Assembly: GCA_963666055.2 (NCBI GenBank)
Contig: CAXWPH010000015.1
Span: 128,001 to 192,000 of the forward strand
Direction of reading: 5' to 3'
Origin: Acidobacteriota bacterium
GTDB lineage: Bacteria > Acidobacteriota > UBA890 > WLXD01
DNA length: 64,000 nt
Shown: positions 9,825 through 20,482 of the stretch, one piece after another
Layout of the letters: the number at the start of each line of letters is the position of its first letter
Position numbering within the stretch: position 1 is the stretch's first letter
Translations under genes and position numbers: made by a program
The notes under the pieces: generated by a model
What the model was told of the DNA's origin: nothing
Seen by the model: only the letters and a program-made list of their open reading frames with translations
Databases searched by the model: none

Positions 9825-11099
9825 TCAGAAGCGAAACCCGAGGCCGAAATGCACACGCGTGTCGCCCTCGAGATTATTGGCGACATCGAGGTTCAACCGC
9901 ACCAGCGGCGCCACCAAGAAGACCCCGGCTCCGACACCGTTCTCGAACTGGGCGCGCGATATAGGCAGGCCATACGAGTATGCGGTGCCTATGTCCCAAA
10001 ACACCGTGAAGCCCAGCCGCGCGACGCTGAACGAAGTCGTAACCGGCACCCGCACCTCGACGCCTCCGAAGGCAGCAGTGTCGCCGCTGAGCGCGCCGGC
10101 CCGGTAGCCGCGTAACGACACCATGCCGCCAACATACGGCCGCTCATAGGCCGGCAACGGCGCATCGGTGGTGTGCAGAACGGCGCGCGCCGCTAGCACC
10201 GCTTGGCCGATCAACGTCTTGTAGGCTGCAAGCTCGAAGCGAAACCGGTTGGCGCCGGCGCCGGCGGCAGGGGCCAGGCGTTGCCACCCGGCGCTGGCGA
10301 CCACGGCATCGTACGGAAACGACACGTTGGGGCGAGTGTCGAAGCGCAGGCTCGCACCGTACGTCCACAGGCTCTCGCTCACGCCTCCGAAGTCGACGTC
10401 GGCGTGCTCGGCATCGAGTCGAAGTTGCACCGCATCGGTCAACCGGCGCTCGACGAACGCGGTGGCGTGAAGACGCGTGTCGTCGACGCGGGCATGCGGG
10501 TTCTCGAATCGTCGCACCCCCACCGAGGCACCGACTCGATAGCCACTGTCCCAGTCACGCGTCACCTCGATCGCCACCCGGTCGACACCGCCGTAGATCA
10601 CCGGAATGGAAATCAACTCTCCGCCACCAAGCAGGTTCTTTGCAGCAACGCGCCCGCCGACGCTGAGCTTCTCGTTCTCGTCGTATTGCAGCTCGGGCAT
10701 GACCAGCAGCTTGTCGCTCGCCGACGTCTTCTGGCGTACCGACAGAATCAGCAGCACGCGGTCAGTGGGCGTCAGCGATCGATAGCGAGCGAGCACCTCG
10801 ACGGCCCCAAAGCGGCCGCTGTCGAGCAACCGCTGCTTGATGGCAGCACGATCGGCGGCAGTGACCCGGTCGCCCACCACCACCCCGGCGATCCGCAGCA
10901 CTTCCTCGTCGGAGAGGGAGTAGTTTCCGTGTACTCGCACCTCGACCACCAGCTCGGACCGCGGCGGCGGCGATGCCTCCTGCGCCGACACCACGAGAGC
11001 GCCGCTAAGCGCGGCAGCCGAGGCGGCGATCAACGATACGAGCTGCTGCCCCGGATTGCGTCGCGGCGCGTTTCGGGTGCCGCGAGCAGCATCACTCAT
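9825..11099 (-). CDS. Omp85/BamA-TamA family outer membrane protein (one POTRA domain + barrel)
   Basis: V.VHGN....DEEV POTRA, GG..SLRGY lid-lock motif, C-terminal FGLGFRF beta-signal. Confidence 0.85.
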   Translation of the reverse strand: MSDAARGTRNAPRRNPGQQLVSLIAASAAALSGALVVSAQEASPPPRSELVVEVRVHGNYSLSDEEVLRIAGVVVGDRVTAADRAAIKQRLLDSGRFGAVEVLARYRSLTPTDRVLLILSVRQKTSASDKLLVMPELQYDENEKLSVGGRVAAKNLLGGGELISIPVIYGGVDRVAIEVTRDWDSGYRVGASVGVRRFENPHARVDDTRLHATAFVERRLTDAVQLRLDAEHADVDFGGVSESLWTYGASLRFDTRPNVSFPYDAVVASAGWQRLAPAAGAGANRFRFELAAYKTLIGQAVLAARAVLHTTDAPLPAYERPYVGGMVSLRGYRAGALSGDTAAFGGVEVRVPVTTSFSVARLGFTVFWDIGTAYSYGLPISRAQFENGVGAGVFLVAPLVRLNLDVANNLEGDTRVHFGLGFRF

Positions 11100-12054
11100 C
11101 CTGCTGTTCTAGGCCCGGAATGCGAAACCGAACTTTGGCGTCAACGTCGGTCTCGCGATAGTCGTGGTACTCGAGGGAATAGCGCACATCGTAGGAGCCG
11201 TTGGCGAACGTTACCTCACCCGACGCGCGGATCTCACGCGGTAGCCAGACGTCCTCGTCCGGGAAGGGCCTGTGCATGATCATCTCGGCGCCGATGTCGC
11301 CCACCTGCACCAGCCAGCGAAGCGGCATGAAGTCGAGGCCGATGTTGTCGTAGCCAATCTTGATGATCTGGTGCTCCTCGGGAAGCACCCACATCGTCAC
11401 CAACGAGGTCTTCTGGAACCGGTGTGCCCATTCGAGATCCTCGGGGTCCGACTCCTCGCCCTCATCAACCTCGTCGTCTTCGAAGAGCTTCTTGGGGTAG
11501 TACTCGATCTTGACGAGGTTCATACCCTCGAACTCTTCCCAGCCAGCAACGTAGTAGTTGCCCGGCTCAAACGGGAACCCGAGGAAGTAGTCGCGCTCGA
11601 GCGGCGGCTCATCGCCCGAGTCCGCCGCCTTGGCGGCGCGCTTCTGACGCTTTTCGGCGCGCTTCTGCTCGCGGTCGAGAGCACGCTTCAGCCAATCGCG
11701 CTCGAACTTTTCGCGCTCCGCATCGCTGACCGCGTGTCCGTCGATGCGATCAGGACTGCGGATCATGAAGCCATCTCGAACGTACCAGGTGTACTCGCCA
11801 CGGTAGCTGCCCAAGGCCACCGCCGCCGGACCGGTCACCTCGATGCTCTCGCGATCGCGAACCGTGTATCGATAGAGGTCCTCCCAGTTCGTCACTCGGC
11901 GATGCAGCACCTGCTGCATGAACGTATCGATGTCCTGCTCCTCCTGCCGCGGCGGAGACCCGGCCATGACCGCGGCGGGCGCCATCGCCGCTATCAACGC
12001 CATCACGGAGAGCACTGTGTTGGCTGTGTTACTGCGGTGGGTAGTCATACGCAT
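11092..12054 (-). CDS. Secreted hypothetical protein, beta-rich, possibly LolA/MucB-like; overlaps the Omp85 gene
   Basis: Signal peptide, MWV.PEE.QI.K and VWLP.EI strands, 8-nt overlap with the downstream gene. Confidence 0.7.
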   Translation of the reverse strand: MRMTTHRSNTANTVLSVMALIAAMAPAAVMAGSPPRQEEQDIDTFMQQVLHRRVTNWEDLYRYTVRDRESIEVTGPAAVALGSYRGEYTWYVRDGFMIRSPDRIDGHAVSDAEREKFERDWLKRALDREQKRAEKRQKRAAKAADSGDEPPLERDYFLGFPFEPGNYYVAGWEEFEGMNLVKIEYYPKKLFEDDEVDEGEESDPEDLEWAHRFQKTSLVTMWVLPEEHQIIKIGYDNIGLDFMPLRWLVQVGDIGAEMIMHRPFPDEDVWLPREIRASGEVTFANGSYDVRYSLEYHDYRETDVDAKVRFRIPGLEQQDE

Positions 12055-12178
12055 CTCCGCACGGGTTGCCCCGGCATTGGCCGAACGGGGAGCCCTGGCC
12101 GGCCGTGGTGGAAGTATGGCGGGCCTGGTAACAAGAATACCAAGGCGCGGCCCGGCCCTGCTCGAGGATCGTCGGAGA

Positions 12179-12213
12179 TGCTAATAATCCAGCATTGTGC
12201 TGGTTTTCTAGCA
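12179..12213. promoter_or_regulatory. Tandem 16-bp palindromic operators
   Basis: TGCTAATAATCCAGCA-ttg-TGCTGGTTTTCTAGCA in an AT-rich patch. Confidence 0.55.
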
Positions 12214-12239
12214 TATACATCACCGTCGGACGAGCCGCT

Positions 12240-12371
12240 ACCTCGACTCCGGCGGTGCGCAAGCAGGCGATCTGGGCGCTCGGGATGGTCATCGGCGGCG
12301 GCGACATCGACATCGACTACGCTGACCTGTCGGACCGGCTGCGCCGTGCGCTGCGCGATCGGCAGCGCTAG
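12240..12371 (+). pseudogene. C-terminal remnant of a HEAT-repeat protein
   Basis: Reads AVRKQAIWALGMVIGGGDIDIDYADLSDRLRRALRDRQR*; no start; the stop is a CTAG followed by a CAGGCCG TIR stub. Confidence 0.55.
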
Positions 12372-12428
12372 CAGGCCGCCTCTCCCGAGTACGGCACCAC
12401 ATTGCCTCCGGGGTGCTATAACAAAGGG

Positions 12429-13088
12429 ATGGGCAACGACAGCGACAGCCAGGGGACGCACCGCATGCCCGACGTCCTGCCCGTCTTTCCTCTCGCGTCG
12501 GCGCTTCTGCTGCCCGGGTGCCGTCTACCGCTGCGTATCTTCGAGCCGCGATACGTGCAGATGGTCGAGGATGCTCTGGCCGGCGACCGACTCATCGGCA
12601 TGATCCAACCAGCCGGCTCCGGCACCGACGAGCACGAGCCGGATCTGCAGTCGGTGGGCTGCGCCGGACGGATCGCCTCGCTCAAGGAGGCGGAAGGCGG
12701 GCATTACCTGCTCAGCTTGGTGGGGATCTCGCGCTTCGAAGTAATTCGCGAGATCGCGTCGGATCGGCTCTACCGGCTCGTGGAGCCTCAATGGGAGCGC
12801 TTTACCTATGACATCGGCGCCGCTCGACCCGCGGAGATCGACCGCGAGGGCCTGGTGGCCAACCTGCGCACCTACTTCGAAACCTTCGGGTTGGATGCCA
12901 ACTGGCGCGCCATCGACGACAGCGGCGACGAGGAGCTAGTGAACTCCCTCGCCATGGTATGTCCCTTCGACAACGCCGAGAAACAGGCTTTGCTCGAAGC
13001 ACCGAATCTGGAGCACAGGAGCCGCCTGGTAATCGCCCTCATGAACATGGCAGTACTGCAGGGTAGCGACTCGAGCACCGTGCACTGA
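12429..13088 (+). CDS. Lon N-terminal (substrate-binding) domain protein
   Basis: LPVFPL....LLP...LPLRIFEPRY, VGCAGRI, EKQALLEA. Confidence 0.9.
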   Translation: MGNDSDSQGTHRMPDVLPVFPLASALLLPGCRLPLRIFEPRYVQMVEDALAGDRLIGMIQPAGSGTDEHEPDLQSVGCAGRIASLKEAEGGHYLLSLVGISRFEVIREIASDRLYRLVEPQWERFTYDIGAARPAEIDREGLVANLRTYFETFGLDANWRAIDDSGDEELVNSLAMVCPFDNAEKQALLEAPNLEHRSRLVIALMNMAVLQGSDSSTVH

Positions 13089-13618
13089 TGGGGTTGTTCG
13101 AGTGGGTCACCGGAGGCGCGCCGCGGCCACAGCCAGACGAGTCTGACGTCGAGACGGTACGCCGCATCGTGCGGGAGCTCGATGAGCTCGAGCCCGATCG
13201 GGCACGCTACGTGGCCTGCTTCGCCTACATCCTCGGCCGCGTAGCGCACGCCGATCTGGATATCAGCGAAGACGAGACGCGCGCCATGGAAGAGTTGATC
13301 TCCGAGCGCGCCGGACTGCCTGCCGACCAAGCGGTACTGGTCGCGTCGATGGCCAAGCAGCACAACGAGCTGTTCGGTGGCACGGAGAACTTCCTGGTGA
13401 CGCGCGAGTTCGAGCGCCAGGCCGACCGTGTTCAGAAGCTGGCGCTACTCGACTGTCTGTTTGCGGTGTCGGCTAGCGACGGCTCGGTGTCCGGAGATGA
13501 GAACGCGGAGGTCCGCAAGATTGCCTCCGAGCTCAAGCTCGACCACCGAGATTTCATCGCGGCGCGCTCGCGCTACCTCGAGCACCTCGAGGTGCTGAAG
13601 GACGAACCCACGCCCTAA
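13088..13618 (+). CDS. TerB family protein
   Basis: VAHAD..ISEDE and LFAV.ASDG.VS..E...VRKIA.EL; TGATG overlap with the upstream gene. Confidence 0.85.
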   Translation: MGLFEWVTGGAPRPQPDESDVETVRRIVRELDELEPDRARYVACFAYILGRVAHADLDISEDETRAMEELISERAGLPADQAVLVASMAKQHNELFGGTENFLVTREFERQADRVQKLALLDCLFAVSASDGSVSGDENAEVRKIASELKLDHRDFIAARSRYLEHLEVLKDEPTP

Positions 13619-13653
13619 CCCGACCACGCAAGCCCGCCACCACCGGGTTGACC

Positions 13654-15438
13654 ATGCAGCTCGCTCCTCTGGATCTGGCGATCGTCCTCGCCTTCCTGGC
13701 ACTCTCGCTGCTCATCGGCGCGGCAGTCGCCCGTCGCGCCGGCTCGAGCTCCGGTGAGTTCTTTCTGTCGGGCCGGAGCATGCCGTGGTGGCTGCTTGGC
13801 GTCTCGATGGTGGCCACAACGTTCTCCACCGACACCCCGAACCTGGTCACCGACATCGTGCGGACCAACGGGGTGGCCGGTAACTGGGTCTGGTGGGCGT
13901 TCCTGCTCACCGGCATGCTCACCACCTTCGTTTACGCGCGCCTGTGGCGACGCTCCGGAGTAGAAACCGACATCGAGTTCTACGAGATCCGCTACTCCGG
14001 CCGGGCTGCCGCCTTCCTGCGTGGCTTCAGAGCCATGTACCTAGGCGTGTTCTTCAACGTCATGATCATGGCCTCGGTAACGCTGGCGGCGATCAAGATC
14101 GGCGGCGTGATGCTGGGGCTCAGCCCCGAAAGCACGGTGCTGATCGCCGGCTCGGTGACGCTGCTTTACGCCATGATGGGCGGCCTGACCGGGGTGATAC
14201 TCACCGACTTCGTGCAGTTCGGAATGGCGCTCTTAGGATCCGTCGCCGCCGCTTGGTACGCGCTCCAGCGACCCGAGGTCGGCGGGCTCAGAGCGCTCCT
14301 GGCGCATCCTGAGGTGACGCCAAAGCTCGGCCTCATACCCGATTTCTCCGACTCCTCGCTGGTGGTGGGAATCTTCGTCGTGCCGTTGGCAGTGCAGTGG
14401 TGGGCCACCTGGTACCCGGGCGCTGAGCCGGGCGGCGGCGGCTACATCGCCCAGCGCATGCTGGCAGCCAAGAACGAGGCCCACGCGCAGGGGGCCACAC
14501 TGCTGTTTAACGTGGCCCACTACGCGCTACGTCCGTGGCCCTGGATCATCGTGGCGCTGGCATCGATCGTGGTGTTTCCCGACCTCGATTCGCTTCGTGC
14601 CGCCTTCCCGGATATCGATCCTCGGATCGTCCAGCACGACCTGGCGTACCCGGCGATGTTGACCTTCCTGCCAACCGGCCTGCTCGGCCTTGTCATCGCT
14701 TCGCTAGTGGCCGCATACATGTCGACGATCTCCACCCACCTCAACTGGGGAGCCTCGTACATCGTCAACGATTGGTACCGACGCTTCGTGCGGCCGAACG
14801 CGTCGGAACAGCGCCTGGTGCTGGTCGGCCGTCTGTCAACCGCGGCCTTGATGATCGCCGCGTGCGCCGTGTCGCTGCTGCTGTCCAACGCGCTGCAGGC
14901 GTTTCAGATCTTGTTGCAGATCGGCGCCGGCACCGGCCTGCTGTTCATCCTGCGATGGTTCTGGTGGCGAATCAGTGCCGCCAGCGAGATTGCCGCGATG
15001 ACGATCTCCTTCGCTGTCGCCGGCTGGTTCCAGTTTGCGCATGCGAGCGTCTTCGGTGCGGCGCCCGACCCACATCAGCAGCTGCTGGCCGGCGTTTCCA
15101 TCACCACCGTCGGATGGCTATTGGTAACCTTCCTGACCCCGGCCACCGATCAGGCGACGCTGCGCGCGTTCTATCGGCAGATCCGACCCGGCGGCCGCGG
15201 TTGGGCCGCCGTCGTCGAGCGCGCCGCCGCAGACGGCGAGCCACTGGAGACAGCAGATACCGCGGCGTCTTCGTTCCCGACGGCGCTCAGCTGCATGCTG
15301 TTGGGATCTGCGGCCGTCTACATGACGCTGTTCTCGATCGGTTACCTGCTCTACGGACGCACCGGCAGCGCACTTGTCCTCGCGCTTCTGGCCTTGGGCG
15401 CCACGGTCACAATCACGCGCCTTTGGCGCCGCCTATAG
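13654..15438 (+). CDS. Sodium:solute symporter family protein
   Basis: FFLSGRSMPWW, GGL.GVI.TDFVQF, AQRMLAAKNE, AAYMST; many TM segments. Confidence 0.92.
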   Translation: MQLAPLDLAIVLAFLALSLLIGAAVARRAGSSSGEFFLSGRSMPWWLLGVSMVATTFSTDTPNLVTDIVRTNGVAGNWVWWAFLLTGMLTTFVYARLWRRSGVETDIEFYEIRYSGRAAAFLRGFRAMYLGVFFNVMIMASVTLAAIKIGGVMLGLSPESTVLIAGSVTLLYAMMGGLTGVILTDFVQFGMALLGSVAAAWYALQRPEVGGLRALLAHPEVTPKLGLIPDFSDSSLVVGIFVVPLAVQWWATWYPGAEPGGGGYIAQRMLAAKNEAHAQGATLLFNVAHYALRPWPWIIVALASIVVFPDLDSLRAAFPDIDPRIVQHDLAYPAMLTFLPTGLLGLVIASLVAAYMSTISTHLNWGASYIVNDWYRRFVRPNASEQRLVLVGRLSTAALMIAACAVSLLLSNALQAFQILLQIGAGTGLLFILRWFWWRISAASEIAAMTISFAVAGWFQFAHASVFGAAPDPHQQLLAGVSITTVGWLLVTFLTPATDQATLRAFYRQIRPGGRGWAAVVERAAADGEPLETADTAASSFPTALSCMLLGSAAVYMTLFSIGYLLYGRTGSALVLALLALGATVTITRLWRRL

Positions 15439-15491
15439 AACCTCGTCACCCGGCCGAGACCGTAGGCTGGCGCCGGGCGCGCCACACGACG

Positions 15492-15770
15492 CGAGCAGGC
15501 CGTGGTGGAAGTGTGGGGGGCCTGGTTGCGGCGAGTTGGGGCCAGATGGAAGGCGGCCTGACACTGGCGATGCCCTAGCCATCGTCGAGGAAGGCCAACG
15601 CTGCAGATGGCCCCAAATCACCGTAACCCTTCGGGCGACAGGGGGTTGCGCGCGTATCCTGCGTCGTTCCTCGTCAACGATGGGGTAACCATCGCCTCCT
15701 CCTCTCTCCTTGCCTCCACCTCGCAAGACCCTGTCGCCAGGCCCGTCACGCTTCCACCACGGCCTGCTAG
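15492..15770. mobile_element. MITE family A, full-length 279-bp copy
   Basis: Imperfect TIRs (cgAGCAGGCCGTGGTGGAAG...CTTCCACCACGGCCTGCTAG); highly similar to 34011..34289; no transposase. Confidence 0.85.
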
Positions 15771-15836
15771 ACAGCCTTGCGTCCCGGCGTTAAGGTCTGA
15801 ACATCTCGACCCGTTCCGACTCACGGGGTCTCGCTA

Positions 15837-15890
15837 ATGAGAACGCGCGCAGACCGAGCTCAGCCAACGACCGTAACGCCGGCGAACTAG
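15837..15890 (+). CDS. Putative leader peptide (MRTRADRAQPTTVTPAN) upstream of the MATE gene
   Basis: 17-codon uORF; its CAGACCG pairs with CGGTCTG at 15909-15915. Confidence 0.5.
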   Translation: MRTRADRAQPTTVTPAN

Positions 15891-15957
15891 TCGCCCGCGC
15901 TCTTCACACGGTCTGGTCGCGCCCGCTTCTCTACTCCCTCCTCGCCGGAGACTTCCC

Positions 15958-17349
15958 GTGAGCACTGCATCTACCTTCTGGCACGACTTCAAGGACGCCA
16001 TTCGCGGCACCCAACAGGACTACACCGAGGGCCCGGTCGGGCGTGCCGTGCTGCTCCTCGCCGTGCCGATGGTCCTGGAAACAGCGATGGAGTCGCTGTT
16101 CGCTGTCGTCGACGTCTTCTTCGTTTCCAAGCTGGGCCCCTCGGCGGTCGCCACGGTGGCGCTGACCGAGTCGATGATGACGCTGGTCTTCACCGTCGGC
16201 CTGGGCCTGTCGATCGGGGTTACCGCCCTGGTCGCCCGCCGCATCGGCGAGCATGACCCCGACGCCGCAGCGCGGACAACGGTGCAGGCAATCGGGCTGG
16301 GCGTGGCGATCGCAGCGCTGATCGCCGTCGTCGGCGCAACCACGGCACCGCAGCTGCTCGCCCTCATGGGCGCCTCTGACGAGGTGATCGCCAACAGCAG
16401 CTACACTCGCGTGCTGCTCGGCGGCAACGCCACGGTGCTGCTTCTGTTCCTGATCAACGCCGCCTTCCGCGGCGCCGGCGACGCCGCGGTGGCGATGCGC
16501 GTGCTGTGGCTGGCCAACGGCATCAACATCTTTCTCGATCCGATGTTCATCTTCGGCATCGGGCCGTTCCCGGAGCTCGGAGTACTCGGCGCCGCCGTCG
16601 CTACCAACATCGGACGCGGTACGGCGGTGTTGGCTCAGCTGTGGCTGCTCAGTCGAGCCACCGGCAGACTGCACATCCGTCGCGAGCATCTCCAGGTGCT
16701 GCCAGAGCTGATGTGGAAGCTGGTCCGACTCTCCGGGGCGGGGATGTTCCAGGTGTTCATCAGCATGGCTAGCTGGGTGGGTCTCATTCGCATCCTCGCC
16801 GGCTTCGGCGACCAGGTGCTTGCCGGTTATGCGATCGGTATCCGGCTAATACTGTTCGCGCTGTTGCCGAGCTGGGGAATGAGCAATGCCGCGGCCACCA
16901 TGGTGGGGCAAAGTCTGGGGGCCGGGAAGCCCGAGCGAGCCGAGAAGTCTGTCTGGATTGCCGGTTTCTACAATGTGATCTTCCTGGGCGCGATCGGCGC
17001 ACTGTTCATCGTCTTCGCCCCATTTATCGTCAGCGTGTTCACCACCCTCCCTGAGCCGCACCGCTGGGCCGTGCTGTGCCTGCGGATCGTTTCCTCCGGT
17101 TTCCTGTTTTACGCCTATGGGATGGTGCTCGAGAACGCCTTCAATGGCGCCGGAGATCCGTGGACGCCGACCTGGATCAACCTGTTTTGCTTCTGGATAT
17201 TCGAGCTGCCGTTCGCGTGGTTCGCCGCGTACGTGCTCGACTGGGGTCCGAATGGCGTTTTCATCGCTATGACGGTGTCGTTCTCGGTCCTGGCACTAGT
17301 GACCGGGTATTACTTCCGCAAGGGCACCTGGAAGCTCAAGCGCGTGTAG
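15958..17349 (+). CDS. MATE family efflux transporter
   Basis: LAVPMVLE, RGAGD, NIFLDP.FIFG, LGVLGAAVAT, GQSLGAG; about 12 TM segments. Confidence 0.93.
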   Translation: MSTASTFWHDFKDAIRGTQQDYTEGPVGRAVLLLAVPMVLETAMESLFAVVDVFFVSKLGPSAVATVALTESMMTLVFTVGLGLSIGVTALVARRIGEHDPDAAARTTVQAIGLGVAIAALIAVVGATTAPQLLALMGASDEVIANSSYTRVLLGGNATVLLLFLINAAFRGAGDAAVAMRVLWLANGINIFLDPMFIFGIGPFPELGVLGAAVATNIGRGTAVLAQLWLLSRATGRLHIRREHLQVLPELMWKLVRLSGAGMFQVFISMASWVGLIRILAGFGDQVLAGYAIGIRLILFALLPSWGMSNAAATMVGQSLGAGKPERAEKSVWIAGFYNVIFLGAIGALFIVFAPFIVSVFTTLPEPHRWAVLCLRIVSSGFLFYAYGMVLENAFNGAGDPWTPTWINLFCFWIFELPFAWFAAYVLDWGPNGVFIAMTVSFSVLALVTGYYFRKGTWKLKRV

Positions 17350-17452
17350 CACCGAACATCCCCGCACCCCTGGGGCCACCGTTTCGAGATCACCACCTAC
17401 GAGCCCGACCGGGTACGCGAGCTGCGCGCCTGAGACGCACGGCGCCGCCCAC

Positions 17453-17500
17453 AAGAAAGCCGGCCGATGACCAAGGCCACCGGCCGGCTTACGGTTTCTT
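17453..17500. terminator. Hairpin between the convergent MATE and TonB receptor genes
   Basis: AAGAAAGCCGGCCG...CCGGCCGGCTT...TTTCTT inverted repeat. Confidence 0.55.
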
Positions 17501-17528
17501 GCGCGGGCGAGCCCGCCTGGCGGCTAGC

Positions 17529-20482
17529 TTACCAGTCGAACCTGAGGCCGAGCTGGAACTCACGCGGCGAGCGCGCTGCCGTCGGAATCAGGAACCCGCC
17601 GCTGGTGACGAACGAGCTGCCCTGATTGGAGTAGTTGGTGCGGTCGGTGACGTTGAAGATGTCGAACAGGATTGTGCCCGTGATGCGGGAGCCCATGGCT
17701 ACCCGGTAGCGGAAGCTCACATCCAGGCGCGTGAAGTCCGGCCGGAATCCCCCGTTCTCCCTGCCAGTGGCGGTGATGTCGTCGAGCGCGATGTCCGACG
17801 TTCCACCGGCGCTGTAGCTGCCCGCGGGCGCCACCTCACGCCCGTTGTTGTCCATGCGGGAGGTCAGCTGCGGCGTAAACCGGTCGCCGCTCATGATGCG
17901 GAAGATACCCGAGAACATCAGCCCTTGGTTGGTACCGACCGCGGTACCGGGAACCTGGTACGACCACGAGGTCACCAGGTTGTGGGGGCGAACCCAATTG
18001 GATGCGAAGTCCATGCTGGCGGGGTTGCTCAGCCCGAGGTTGAGCGGCGCGCCGATGAGCGTGCCGGTATCGAAGTTATAGCCCGACTCGGTACGCACCT
18101 GGAAGCGGGCGGGCTCGAGCGACCTCGCCTCGACGTTGCCCGACTGGTTGAGGTAGGTGTACGACACCCGGGCGCTGAAGCGACCGATCGCCGAGTCCAT
18201 GAAGCGACGCTGCAACGAGAACTGCAGCGAGTTCGTGTTGCTCTTGCCGCCGTTGATGTAGGTGCGGACCGAGTTGAGGCTCACCGGGGCGCCGTTCAGG
18301 ATGCTGATATTCGGACGCCCGCTCACCCTCGAGAACGGGTTCAGGTCGACCCGCAGCTGGAGGTCACGGTTGCGTGTATGGACGAAGTCGAACCCTATCG
18401 ACACACCGTTGGAGATCTCGCGCTCCACACCGACGCTAACGGTATCGGCATACGGTGTTACGCGGTCCGGGTTGTCGACCGTCGGCGCGGTGTTCAAGGC
18501 GCCGGCAAGGTTGCCCTCGAGGTCGGCTGCCAGGTGGTCGCGCAGCTGATTGGGGGTGGTGTAGCCGTTGGCCTGCACGATGTCGAAGAACAGCTGTTGA
18601 TCAGAGCCGGAGCCCGGAACCCGCACGGTATAACCGCTGGCCAGGTTGACCGCATCGAGGAAGAAGTCCTCCCAGCTACCGATCGGGAAGCGGTCGTAGA
18701 AGCGGCCGAAGCCGCCACGCACGACGGTGCGGCCATCACGTGCCGGATCCCAGCTGAAGCCGAGGCGCGGCCCGATGTTGGCCTCGCCGACGGTGCTTTG
18801 CCGATCCATGCGAACCCCGAGGTTCAGGGTCACGTTGTCGCTCGGCTGGTAGTCATCCTGGAAGAAGATGCCGAGCGCCTTCTCGTGCGGAATGTCGAGG
18901 TCGCCGCCCTGGGCGCCGCCGACGCGAATCGTGAAGTCGGTGGGGTAGGTGCCGAGGTCGTTCAGGTCCCACTCGGTATCTTCGTCGAAGTCGAACTGCC
19001 CGTTCGCCGTGCTGGCGTTGTTACGGCTCACCAAACGGTCCGAGAAGTGACCGCCGAAGCGGAAGTCGTGGTCACCGCCCAGAAATCCGGTGCGTACAAC
19101 GAGTACGTATCGTCGTACTGGCGCGAGTTGTTGATGCGCGCCGACGCCACCGTGCTGGCCCCCAGCAGGAGGTTGTCGTGGTCTAACGACACGTTGAGGG
19201 CGCGCTGCGCCGCGAAGGTCTTGCCGTTGTTATTGAAGCCGGAGTTGGCGAACGCCACGTCCTCGCGGGTCACGGAAATACGCAGGTTGTTGACCGCCCG
19301 GTCCGACAGCACCGAGTCGATCGACCCGACGAAGCTGGTGTCGCGGTCAAACTCCTCACGCGCGGCCTCGAGCGTGGTATTGCCGCCGATGATCTGGTTG
19401 AACTGCGGCGAATACTCCTGCAGGTAGCGCGCCGCGATTCGATGGTCCGAGCTCGCCTGGTAGTCGAGCTTGACCATGAAGTTCCGCAGCAGGTTCTCCT
19501 CGGTGGTAGTGAAGTTGAACTCCGGCCGCGTAGCGAACTCACGCGCGATGCCCTCGTTCGGGGTCTGACGCTCATAGCTGCCGAAGAAGAACAGCTTGTC
19601 TCTGATAACCGGTCCGCCGAGCGTGCCGCCGATCGACTTGAAGGTGAAGTCGGGCTTCTCGAGGTTGGACCGCCTGGTGAAGAAGTTCGCCTTGTTGATG
19701 CTCGAGTCCTGGTAGTAGTAGAAGGCGCTGCCGTGGACGGTATTGCCGCCGCTCTTGGTGATGGCGTTGAGCACCCCACCGATGGCGCGGCCGAACTCGG
19801 CGTCGAACTGGCTGGTGAGGATCTGGAACTCTTGGATCGCCTCGATCGCGGTGCGCGTCTGCGCACCCGCGGTGGCGCCGATCACATCGTCGTCGTTGTT
19901 GGCGCCGTCGATGTTGAAGGAGTTGCTGTTGTCGTCCATACCGTTGACGAAGATCGAGTCAGAGGCCGTCGACTGGCTGTCCGGCGATACCTGCACGCCG
20001 GGCAACAAGCCGGCGAACACCACGAAGCTGCGACCCTGCGTGGGCAACGATATGAAGTCCTCGGCGGTCAAGTTCCCGCCCACCTCTTTCGAGGCGACGT
20101 CAACAAGCGGGCTCTCGCCGGTGACCGTCACCGTCTCGGTGATACCACCGAGCTGGAGCGTGGCGTTGAGCTCACCGTCCTGTCCTACCCGCAGCACCAC
20201 CCCGGTGGTCTCGGAGGTGTTGAACCCCTGCAACATGAACGTGACGGTATATACCGAGGGTATGAGACCGTTGACGTTGTAGCCGCCGGTGGCCGAGGTG
20301 ACGGTGATGCGCTCGGCCGAGGTCGACTCGTTGCGAACGGTCACCGTGACACCAGGTAGCGGTGATCCATCCGGATCCAGCACCGAGCCCGAAAGATCGG
20401 CACGTGCGAACTGCGCCTCCGCCGGCGCAGCGAAGCTGACCGCCAAGGCCAGCGTTATCAGAGCGATTACGGTACGTCGCAT
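17529..20482 (-). pseudogene. TonB-dependent receptor with carboxypeptidase-regulatory-like N-domain, split by one frameshift near 19081
   Basis: Signal peptide, LPGVTV, ETVTVTGESPLV, AEFGRA.GG..N.ITKSG.N, FFQDD, NLGVR, PR.FQLGLRFDW; adding one base restores DFLGGDHDFRFGG. Confidence 0.85.

Noticed and set aside
17076-19427. 783-aa plus-strand ORF and many other long overlapping ORFs
   Set aside because: Antisense or alternative-frame shadows of real high-GC genes; Arg/Ala/Pro-rich with no motifs.
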